A stretch of DNA of 63,586 nucleotides, taken from positions 5,208,415 to 5,272,000 of the forward strand of contig CM068771.1 in assembly GCA_035084275.1 (NCBI GenBank), read 5' to 3'. The position numbers and the translations under genes are program-made. Source of the stretch: Hydrolagus colliei (taxonomy: Eukaryota). The notes below the pieces were generated by a model that did no database searches, had not been told where the DNA came from, and worked only from the letters and a program-made list of their open reading frames with translations. Below, one piece after another: positions 49,775 through 60,993 of this stretch; position 1 is the first letter of the stretch, and every line of letters begins with the position of its first letter.

Positions 49775-50779
49775 TGAGTGAGAGAGATTGAAGAGAGAGG
49801 CAGAGCGAGAGAGAGAGAGAGAGAGACTCTCGCACAGAGGGGCAAAAATAATATAGGTCTTTAAAGACCGATTGGGGAGGGTATGTGTGAGGTGCGAATG
49901 CACATCCCTTCATGAAGGATAAGTGGATCAGACACACGGATCCTCTGTATTACCATAATCCCCGATACGGGATGTGGATGCGGCGTGGGATGGTGAATTA
50001 GAGTGAATGAGATGGTTATTCTATACCGTTTAATTTGGCCATTTCTGGAAGGGGCTGGTGGGTGGCGGGGGGGGGGGGAGTGGGAGGAGGTGCGTGCGTT
50101 ATCGTGGGGAAACCTGTCACGGGGCTTTAAGGAGCCTCTAATCCGGCCTGAGAACACCCACACCTACGCACGGAAATCTCCCCTCTACGCCTGGGGTGGA
50201 CCTCACACACTCTCTCTCTCTCTCTCTGTGTGTCCCCTCGAGGACGCCTGTTTGGCGAGAGCTAACCCGGAGTGTGCGTTTCGTCCACAAATATACAGTC
50301 GGCTTTCCTGCTCTCATTCCCATTACTCCGACCCCTCCCCTTGCCATCTTTCCCCCCCTTTCCCCCCTAACCCCACTTCCATGACTGTTTGTGGGGGGAC
50401 GCTGCTGTGCGCGATTTGGCTGCCGCGTTTCGCCCACAAATATGCAGTCAATTCTCCTCCTCTCCTTCATCCTGCCCCGACCCCTCCCCCCACTCCGCTC
50501 TTGTCCCTACCTGACTGTACAGCGCCTTGGGACGTCCTCTCGACGTGAAAGGCGCTACATACATGTAAGTTTTGATTGACTGATGGAGTCATTTATGGGA
50601 GTCCAACCAGCGGTAAATTAGAGTGAATTAGATGGTTATGCTACACCTAAACGGTCATCCACCATCTATTGACGGTTCTCGGAGGAGGGTGGGGGGGGGG
50701 GGGGGGGAGAAAGGAGATGGATGCATTAGGGGGGAAACCCCTCACTGCGCTTAAAGAGCCTCTAAACCTCCACCTTTTC

Positions 50780-51045
50780 GCACTGTGGAGGAAAAACTTC
50801 TTCGCTCCGAATCTATGGGAATTCTCTACCCGCAAAGGGCTGCAGACGCTCAGTCAGTCCTTGAACCTGTTCAAGCCTGAGACTGATGGATTCCTTGTGG
50901 ATAAAGGGATTAAGGGAGATGGGCATAAGGCGGAGGGCAGGTGGAGTTAGAGTAGAGAAGATCAGCCAGGATCTTATTGAATGGCGGGGCTGGGCTCGAT
51001 GGGTCGAATGGCCTACTCCTGCTCCTATTTCTTATGTACTTACGT
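50780..51045 (+). mobile_element. Old CR1 3' end
   Basis: RKNFF..NLWEF..SLNLFK.ETDGFL..KGIKG motif and the GAATGGCCTACTCCTGCTCCTATTTCTTATG tail. Confidence 0.75.
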
Positions 51046-53587
51046 TCTAACCAGTTAAAATCACACAGCCTACCACTTAACATCTACTGGGACACTACTG
51101 TGTGCAATTGGCTGCCGCGTTTCTCCCACAAATATACCGTCGATTCACTTTACAGCACTTTGAGATTTGGAAACTATATCAAATGCAAGGATTATTATTA
51201 TTATTATCCTTCAAATCAAATGTTAAACCTCAACGACAACGAGATGTTAAACCTTTCTTGTAGGGAATGCAGTGTAGTGACTGTGAGCTTTGTTGACAGC
51301 TGTTTCGTCCACACATATACAGTCGCTTTTCCTGCTCCCATTCCCCCTACCCTGACCCCCTCCCCTTTCTCCCCCGGTCCCACTTCCACGATAGTTTGTG
51401 GGACGCTGCTGTGCACAATTTGGCTGCTGCGTTTCGCCCACAAATGTACAGTCAATTCTCCTCCTCTCCTTCCCGACCACTCCCCCCCCAAGCTTTGGTC
51501 CTTACCTGACTGTTCGGCGCCTTGGGACATCCTCCCAATGTAAAAGGCAAGATATAAATCTAATTTTGATTGATTGATTAATTGATTGATTGATTTGCAC
51601 TCACCATCAACAGCCGTGAGGTGAACGCGCTGATTATTACAATAATGGTGGCATTTAATATAGCGCATTATTGAGACGCCTCAGAGCGCTTTACAGGGAA
51701 TCTATTGTAAAGTGAATCAACTGTATATTTTGTGGACGAAACGCAGCCTGGATAATTGTCAGCCAGGACACTGCGGTGGGAGAGTGTGGATGTGTGTGTA
51801 CATATCTGTCACAGTGATCTTTAGCATCCCGAGAAAGCTTACGCAGAATGACAACGAGGCAGAGAGGGGCTCCGTTTAAGCACTCATTCCAAGGGGCTGA
51901 ACAGCTGGGTTTCTTTCTGTGAATCGATGAATAATAGATTAAACCGCGGTTGGTATTTATAACCTAACTACAGCTCGTGACATTTTCAGCTTCCAACCTA
52001 CAGTTAGTCACAAGCGGAATTCAGACACAGAAACTGCGGGGAAGGAGTTCAGGTGTTTTTGCGTGAAATATTTTCTTGGTCAGCCAGGTGCCTGACACAC
52101 ACACACACACACACGGAAACACATCACCATTGTTCAAGCTTCCAAACCCAACAGAGTTGCACACATCCCACCTACACACGGAAATCCTAGAGATAATAAT
52201 ACTAATAATCCTTGCATTTGCTATAGCGGCTTTTCACATCTTATCGACGTCTCAAAGAATACACTGTAAAGTGAATTGACTGTATATTTGTGGGCGAAAC
52301 GCAGCAGCCCATTGCACAAAGCAACAATTTTTTTTTTGCTTGAGGGATTATTATCTGGCGTGTGGAGTAAGGGAAGTTGTTCAAGGTTAATCCCAGCGGG
52401 GAATCCAACTCAGGTCTCTCGCTTGCGAGTGCTCTAACTACTAACCAAGCACTCCACCATTATTATTATTATTTCTCCTCAGTGAGAGATTAAATAAATC
52501 TCTACCAAGGCTTATGGTGTGAAACATTTCTCTCTGCACTCGGCAGCGTCAAAAGTCCTGTGGGATTTGTCAGAGTCAGATTTCCTTGTACTGCTGACAA
52601 GGCAAGCTTTGCTGAAAAGAAGACAGATGAAACATTAACATCTCTTGGTTACAGCTTTGACTTGAAAATTTATGTTGGCGTTAAGTAAGCATTGGTTAGA
52701 GCCTGGATTCAAAACTCCGCCACCGATATATACTCACTTATCCTAAACTCTGTAACAACAACAACTTTTGATTTATATCGCGCCCTCCACACCGGACGGC
52801 GTCTCAGAGCGCTTCACACGAGCGGATCCCGGGACCGAGCCAGGGGCAGGGGGTAGAAAGGTGACCAAAGGCGCGGTCGAAGAGAAAGGGACCTGAAGCT
52901 GAGAAGAGAGGGGGGCGAGGCGAAGGTAGTGAGGAAAGTAGTGTAACCACATCACAACATCACAACTGATGGAGGAGGTGAGGCAAAGGGGTTGCGGAAT
53001 GGAGTACCAGAGAGGCTGAAATAGACTGTAAAGTGAATTGACTGTATGTGTACATATTTTGTGGGAGATGAAACGCGGCAGCCAATTGTGCACAGCAACA
53101 ACAACAACAACAATTTACATTTATAGAGCGCCTTTCACGTGGGGAGGACGTCCCAAGGCGCTGAACAGGAGGCGTGTGACCCGAGCTGGGAGGGGAGTGT
53201 TTGGGAAGGGGTGAAACACGAAGGGGAGGTAAAAGAGTTCGGGGGGTGGGGAACAAAAGGCACGATCGAAGAGGAAAGTCTTCAAACCGGCCTTGAAAGA
53301 GGAAAGGGAAGAGACGAGACGGAGGGATTGAGGGATGGCATTCCATAGGGTGGGAGCGGAGAAACTGAAGGCCGGGCCTCCGATGGTGGGGCGGTTCGGG
53401 CGGGGGGCTTGGAGCAGGACAAGTCCTGTTGAACAGAGGGTCTGGGTGGGCGTGTAGGGGGAGAGTAGATCGGTTAAGTAGGATGGGGTAAGGCCGTGTA
53501 AGGCCTTGTAGCATCCCCCACACAAACAGCCGTGGGTTGAAAATGACAAATGTTTATTAATTGTGTTTTTCTGGTGCGGATTATTAT

Positions 53588-53779
53588 NNNNNNNNNNNNN
53601 NNNNNNNNNNNNNNNNNNNNNNNNNNNNNNNNNNNNNNNNNNNNNNNNNNNNNNNNNNNNNNNNNNNNNNNNNNNNNNNNNNNNNNNNNNNNNNNNNNNN
53701 NNNNNNNNNNNNNNNNNNNNNNNNNNNNNNNNNNNNNNNNNNNNNNNNNNNNNNNNNNNNNNNNNNNNNNNNNNNNNNN
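53588..53779. other. Assembly gap (192 N)
   Basis: Run of N. Confidence 1.
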
Positions 53780-53939
53780 GCATGTGTATGCGTATATGTA
53801 TATGTGCGCGTGCATGTGTGTGAGCATATATGTGTGTATATGCGTGTGTATGTGTGTACGTATATGCGTGTATACGTCAGTGTGTGTAACCAACCCCCTC
53901 CCCCCTAGCCCCACCCCTTCTTAGCCCCACCCACTAACT

Positions 53940-54228
53940 GTTAGCCCCGCCCCTCCACCAGGCTCTGATTTGCATACCTCTCCCCGCCCCCTCGTCAAAG
54001 GACTTGGTCGGACGGGATTGCGCAGGCGCGACTCATCCCGCCTCGCGCTCCTCGCAGTCGTCCACTGACGCTCAGTCCGCGTCGTCGTCGGTGCTGTAGG
54101 ACGGTCAGGTCAGCCCACACTCCTCGCTGTGTCTGACTCTCTTCCCCCTCCACTCCATGTTAACGGTAGTCGCCCGAGCTCGGTCGCTCACCGACCCGAC
54201 CCCCCATCACAGTCACAGGCAGGTAAGG
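53940..54228 (+). promoter_or_regulatory. CpG-island promoter and putative non-coding first exon ending at a strong donor (CAG|GTAAGG, intron starts 54223)
   Basis: GC boxes (CCCCGCCC), octamer ATTTGCAT, NRF1-type TGCGCAGGCGC, a CpG-rich stretch and a consensus 5' splice site. Confidence 0.55.
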
Positions 54229-56972
54229 AGACTCACGGTTTTCTCCGCTAACCGTCGATTCTCTCTCTCCCCACTGCAGCCGTGTGGTGGTGGTGGAGGC
54301 GGAGTGAGGGCGGATTAAGCTCGAGCTGTAACGGTCGTCGCTCGCGCCCTAACGGTCGTCGCTCGCGCCCTAACGGTCGTCGCTCGCGCCTCTCTCCCGG
54401 CTCCTCAGCACGTGGCTGGGGGGAGGGGGGGGGGGGAAAGGCTGAGCTCGGCCGCCACTGCGCAGGCGCAGCTGCTGGGCGCCTCACAGTCTGAGCCGCC
54501 TAACGGTCGCCGCTCGCTCTCCTCACTCTCTCTGTCTCTCACGTGGCACTCCACCGTACCGTGTGGCTCATTAGCAATGCGGTCTCCAGCCGTATAAGGG
54601 CATCGATTTGGGGCCTACCACTCAGGCGCAGAGTCTGTGGACTCGACAGGCAACGACAGCAGCATGGCTTCGATTTACACCGCGCCCTCAACGCCGGTAG
54701 GGTGTCTCAGATTGCGCTTCAAATCCCCTCCAGACAGACAAGACACTCCCTTCGCTGAATGTCCCACAACAACAACAACAACCACCACCTTGGGATGAGG
54801 TTGCATTTACTGTGAAGCAAGCGCTTTGAGACGTTGATACGACGTGGAGAGCGCAGTCTAGAGACGTAAACGCGCTCCGAGGCGCAGTCCGGCATGGAGG
54901 GCGCTGTACAATTCGAAGCCGTCGTCGTCGTCGTCGTTGTTGTTGTGAGGATTATTACTGTTGTTGTTATATTGCTGCCAACAACAACAGAACGACATTT
55001 GTACGGCGCCTTTCACGTCAGGAGGACGGTCGCGAGGAGCTGGACAGTCACCGCTTCAGACCCGAGCCGAGGACGGAGGCGGGGGAAAGGGGGTGGGGGG
55101 TGGGGGGGGGTGCCAGGGGGGGAGGGCGGGAAGGAGTTGCCGATGGGTCCATCGAAGAGGAGAGTCTTGAGGCGAGACTTGAAGGAGGCCGGGGGAGGGA
55201 GGGAGCGAGGCGGAAGGGACTGCGGGATGGAGTTCCAAAGGTTGGGTGGGGGGGGCGGGGGGGGGGGGGGGGAAGAGTGACTGAAGCCTGGCCCCCACCA
55301 ATGGTTGGGCGGGTGGGTTGGGGGACGACAACAAGAACAACAAAACGCCACTTGTTATAGCGCCTTTCACATCAGGAGGATGCCCCAAGGCGCTGGCCGG
55401 TCATTTTTTTCAGAGCCGAGCTGGAGTCGGGGACGGGGAGGGTCAGAGGGAGGGAAAGGGGGGGATTTGGGGTGACTGATGGGACCGTTGAAGAGGAGGG
55501 TTGAGGTACAAGGATAGAGTTGTGGGACGCTGCTGTGCGCAATTTTGCTGTCGGGTTTCGCCCACAAACTTGCAGTCAATTTTCCTACTCTTCTTCAGCC
55601 CTGACCCCTTCCCCCCGCCCCCCGCTCTTGACCCTACTTGACTGTACAGCGCCTTAGGATGTCCTCTCGACATGAAAGGTGCTATATGGAAATTGACCCC
55701 AAGTCTGCGGATGATGTATTAAAAAGTAGGGGACAGAGCCATGGGGGATGCCACAGGTTGGAAGAGAAGCCATCGGTGGCGACAAAATCCTGTAGCTCAG
55801 TGGTTAGAGCACTTGCGTCACAAGTGAGAGACCTGGGTTCAATTCCAGGCAAGTTTCCTTTGGCCTAATAATAATCTCTCAAAAAAAGCAATAATAAATA
55901 GGTCACGACTGTTTCTGGGACACTGTGATGGGCAACTGGCTGCTGCGTTTCGTCCACATAATAGACTAATAGACAGGCAATCTACAGTAAAGCACTTTGA
56001 GACCTCTCAATGTTGTGATAATTAAATTTATTATTACCAGTGGTTAACCTCTTATCAGTTTGGTGTCTGCTGCAGATTGGAATACAGTTGGAGACAGTTC
56101 TTAACGAATGAAAGGACAACAGTTGTTTTATTCAGATTCATAATCCAAATCAGGTTAGCTATTTTCACTGTTAGAATCCTTTGGTTTATCCTTTGGTCCG
56201 AATAGTTTTTCCAGTGCACACTTTGGCCTGCTTAGGTCCACTTTATTCCAGAACTTTAACACATTGGATTCAATACAGGCATCAACTGATCTCAACAGGG
56301 AGCCTTGCACCTAGAGATGTGCTCAGGCTGGCCACGGACCATTCGTACTTTGGTGCTACTGGAGAGGACTCTTTTCCGAAGGGGCAAAGGTATAAACAGA
56401 GACAAGCAAACACATACAGATCAGAACTGGTCCCGTGGAGATATCATTGGGATACATATGGGTTAGTGAGGGAATGAGGGAAGTTTGAGTCTGAAAGACA
56501 GGAATGCTCCCAACTATGATTCCTTCCACTCAACCCACTCCCATTCTGTATTCCTGTAAACAACAACAAAATTATATATGTATAGCGACTTTCATTTCAG
56601 ACAGTGAAATGCATGGAAACTGAAGTTAAACCTCATCACTGTTAGAACTGCCAACCCTCCTGATTTTTGCGGAAGCCTTCAGCTTTTACATGCTCCCTTC
56701 TGCTCTCCCTATCCCAGATAAATAACTTCAGATTTTTTGCCATTTCATAATTTAAGCTAAATCCCCCTTGCATCGCCCATATAGTTACTATGTGTACCAC
56801 AGGTAGAAATCACTCGACATCTCGTCCTCCCGCTCCCACACAGGCGGCGTCACACCAGCGCGTCCCGACTGGCGTCAGTGTCACCCCCGCCACCGGTAAA
56901 CCCCATCACGTCAGCCCCCACCACACTGATCTCCACCTCTGCCAAACCCTCGGGGCTGCCGCTGCTCTTACA

Positions 56973-56986
56973 GCGCCCTCTGCTGG
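56973..56986 (-). promoter_or_regulatory. CTCF consensus motif CCAGCAGAGGGCGC
   Basis: 14/14 match to CCASYAGRKGGCRS. Confidence 0.6.
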
Positions 56987-57414
56987 TGGCAGGGCTGCAG
57001 TGACACTGGTGCTCAGCCTCCTGGAGTCCTAGTGTGCATTTTGCAGTGTGTGTGTCTGTGTGTGTACGCTGCACTGCTGTACTGTAGTACACGCGCTTGC
57101 ATGGGAGCTCCAAAGAGAGTAATACAAGGTAAGCTTAACCAGTGCTCTGCACTAAATCTTTCTTTTAGGGGGCCCAGCTGGACCCTCAGATTTTTTCAAG
57201 GCATCCAAGTGTGTTGCAGATCATAACTTTTTTTTTGCGTGCCCAATGCTAAAATTAAGGTGTCCAGGGTGCCTGTTAATGTCGAGCCCTGGCTTAACTA
57301 TTGGCTGATACTGAAGTGATAGAAGCAAAAACAAAATCCTTCCTGAAAATGTAACAACTTCCTGAAAAATTACTACAACCTTCCTGAAAATCTTCCTTGA
57401 AGGTTGGCAGATCT

Positions 57415-57888
57415 TTAGTGGCTCAGAGTTTTCCCTATTAGCATTGGAACCGGGTAGAATAAAGGGTAAAGTTTCTCAGTGAAAGTATGGTTGAAAGTAT
57501 GGAGATGAGACATGTTATCAGCATTGTAATATAACACCTGTCCCCCTTCATAGTCCAGGTAAACTCCAACCTTCCTGGGTCTCGCTGTCAGGGACAGGCT
57601 GGTGAGAGGTGACATCAGTGCCCAATAGACCCCGCCCTCCAGCCCCACACACCAGACCCCACCATTTGATGTCGATGTGATTGGTTGTTTCCTGTTGACA
57701 GACTCTCGGACCAATCCTAAACTCCACTCAATCTTGTTTCCCACCTGCACCTCCCAGTAATGTCTCCCTGATGTAAAGCCCTCAGATCCCAAGACAATGG
57801 GATGGTAACTAAACCTCTTTGGGGTGTCAGGGAGCGGCTGCCATCTGTCTCCGAGTCTCACTCTGGTCAGGGCCTTAGACAGGACGAG
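57415..57888 (-). pseudogene. 5'-truncated, 3'-frameshifted duplicate of the TRIM PRY/SPRY exon
   Basis: Begins at LVLS with no acceptor or LDP motif, abutting an L2 tail fragment. Continues [31 protein letters not shown]...LDYEGG. The C-terminus is shifted ([13 protein letters not shown]) relative to its paralogs. Confidence 0.85.
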
Positions 57889-58085
57889 CTATATAAATCG
57901 AAGTTGTTGTTGAATGAGGGTGGATTGAGTGCAATATTTTAGTGTGTGAAAGATAGAAAGCTCCCAACTATAATCCCTTGCACCCCGTCCTGTATTACTA
58001 TAAATAACAACAGCAACAAAATTATATTTGTGTAGCACCTTGAATCACGTGGAAACTGGGGTAAGTCTACATTATTGTTGATGAG

Positions 58086-60993
58086 TTATAACCGGCAGCT
58101 TTTCAGTGCTTCAGAGTTTTGCTTGTCACCATTCAACCCGGTATAGAAGAAGGGATAAAGTTTCTCAGTGAAAGTGTGAGTGAAAGTGTGGAGATGAGAC
58201 ATGTTATCAGAGTTGTAAAATGACACCTGTCCCCCCTCATAGTCCAGGTAAACTCCAACCTTCCCGGGTCTCACTGTCAGGGACAGGGGGGTGGGGGGTG
58301 ACATCAAAGCCCAATAGGCCCCATCCACCAGCCAAACACCCCAGATTCCACCAGTTGGTGTCAATGTGATCTCTCCTTTCCTGTTGACAGATTCTCTGAC
58401 TAACCCCACACTCCACTCAGTCTTGTTCCCCACCTGCACCTCCCAGTAATGTCTCCCTGATGTGAAGCCCTCAGATCCCAGGACAATGGGATGGTAACTA
58501 AACCTCTTTGGGGTGTCAGGGAGCGGCTGCCGTTTGTTTCCGTATCTCACACTGGTCAGGTCCTCAGACAGGATGAGCTGGGGATGGGCTGTGTCAGGAT
58601 CCAGGGTCAGAGAGGCCGGAGCTGAGAGAGAGAGAAATAACACACAGTGTAGTGAGGGGGTCACAGAGCAGTGGGGGGGGAGGGGGGGGGCTGCAGGAGC
58701 GAGGGCGGGGCACTAGGGGGCGGTGTGTGAGCTGGTGAAGGGTTAGTTGCTGAATACAGGACAAACAGCACTGATCGTGTACCGGCAGCAGAGGGCGCTA
58801 GGGACAGGGTGACTGGAGTCCCTGTCGGTGTAAACGCTCACACAGCGCCACCTGATCACCCACGGCCATAATTTGGTACTACAAGAGTAAAGAGCCCTGG
58901 GCTGTTTCCCTGCAGAATTATTTAACAACACTGGAGTTCTGTTTTGTAGTGGTTAGCACTCGCCTCGCAAGTGAGAGGAATCAGTTTTGATTCCCAGTGT
59001 GGGCGAAACCTTATGCAAGTTTCCCTACCCCGCACTCCTCTGCGTTAGCAGTAATTAGCAATCTGGTTGATGGAGCACATTTTTGAGCCTAATAAACCCT
59101 TCAAAATTTTTGAAAAATAATGAATTAGGTTAATACATGACTACAGGATACTACTGTACAGTTTATTGTGTGAAGAGCTTTGACGTGTTGTGAATATGTG
59201 ACAATGCGAAATATCAAATGACAGGATTATTATTAATTTGTTAGGATTCAGGTGAATATAAAACTATTCACACACCTTCAGTCTGAGAATGGGAGACATT
59301 TACCTGTGGTGAGGCTGGGTAGCATCTCTCTCCAAGCTGCGTACTGTACAGGCCCTTTGTATTTCCCCATAGGCAGATCACCCTCAAATACTGACAGCTC
59401 AAAATCCCCATCACTGACCCTGGAATAAGTGACGTTCACATTAGAAAGTGAAACTACACCTTATGTTCATTTGCAAATTAAATTTTAGGAATATTTGGTA
59501 ATGAACATTTCATACCTTCCCTTTCGAGCAGGTTCCTCCTAGTGAAATTAAACACAGACAGATCTGAGACATGACATTGTAAACTTAGATACGGACAATA
59601 GAATTCTACAGCAATAACAACAACAAGAATACATTTGTGTGGCGCCTTTCACATTGGCAGGACCTTCAAAGACGCTAGGGAGTCAGTCTTCCAGAATTGA
59701 GCTGGGGATCGGAATCAGGGAGGGGCAGGAGTGTAGGTGAGGGGGTCGGATGTGGTCAAAGAGGAGGGTCTTGAGATGGGGATAAGAAGGAGGGACTGGG
59801 ATAGAGAGTGGTTGAGATGGGGGATGTGAAATAGGCTGGAGCCTGCTGAAACCTTACAAAGAAAAATCTTATTATACCAGATAGTATAACTACTAGTCTG
59901 TTTCACCGTGAAACTTTCATTTTCTGCTACAGACTGTGTGGCATTTACTGAACTGAATTGTTTACCTGCAGAAATATGAGTGCATTCATCTCTTTACCTG
60001 CAGAAAGGTGAACGCATCTTTTTCCATCTCTTCCCGTAACTCTGAGAGTTTGTTTTGAACAGAAGCTAAATTGCTCTGAATCTTTTGTAGATTTTTCTCC
60101 ATTTCCTGTAAAATTTTCCCCTCTTGCTTTCTGAGCGCTCGGATTACTCGCTGCTCTCTGTCATGAAGGCTCTGGTGCATTTTGGCAAACTCAGCCGTGA
60201 GATGCTTCTCCAAATTCCTCACCTGTTCCTATAAAATGAAGTATCACAACAGGTACTTATATAAAGAGGAACACGATTGAGGTCCCAGACATTACACAGT
60301 AATTAATCAAGGAAACACTAATAATAATACTATTATTATTAAATACAACTGATAATTATCACAACTTACTTTTAGTGCTGAAATCTTCTCTTTTTGCTTT
60401 GATTCTGCCTGTAGAACAGCATCCTTTCTCTTTGTAACCGGATCAACGGACAATTTCAGTTTTTCCTGCAACCAGAATATAGATTAACCAAAACAATTCC
60501 ATATTTAAATACCTCACATCAACAACTATGATAGAGAGAGAGATCGAGAAATAGTCACGTTATAAAGTTTGCTTGTTGATACCTTGTGGATCTTAGCCGC
60601 TTTCCCTATCATCTTTACGTCGTGGAGTTTGTGTTCATCAAGATCAACAAGACACATGACACAGATCAATTCTGTATCAGTTTCACAGAACAGCGTCAGT
60701 TCTTCCGAATGTTTATCACAGTTCCGTGCCTTTCTCTGCATAGATTTCAGGTTCAGATCCTTAGCTTTATCTGCCAGTTTCCCCAGCGTTCGATTTGGTT
60801 TCAAGTTACCACTTGGATTGACATCTCGACATTCTGGACAAGATTTTTGCAGCTGACCTTCCCAGTTCCGTGTGATACAAGAGCAACAGAAGTTGTGGCC
60901 ACACTTCAGGGTAACCGGCATGCTGAAGATCTCTAAACAAATAGAGCATTTTAACTCCTCTGTCCAGCTCTGCTCTAGGTGTCTCAGAGCCAT
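58086..60993 (-). CDS. TRIM-B: RING, B-box2, coiled coil, PRY/SPRY, intact, 470 aa
   Basis: Exons 60583-60993 (411), 60370-60465 (96), 59998-60228 (231), 59516-59538 (23), 59304-59419 (116), 58086-58621 (536). Total 1413 nt, open frame, same architecture as TRIM-A. Confidence 0.93.

Noticed and set aside
46203-49903. C/V/S/L- and R/E/T/H-rich ORFs
   Set aside because: They are GA/CA repeat translations; only the 19-nt PRRT1 exon 1 within ORF 49391-49903 is supported.
49570-52700. REST/NRSE site expected near neuronal PRRT1
   Set aside because: I found no convincing match to TTCAGCACCACGGACAGCGCC by eye.
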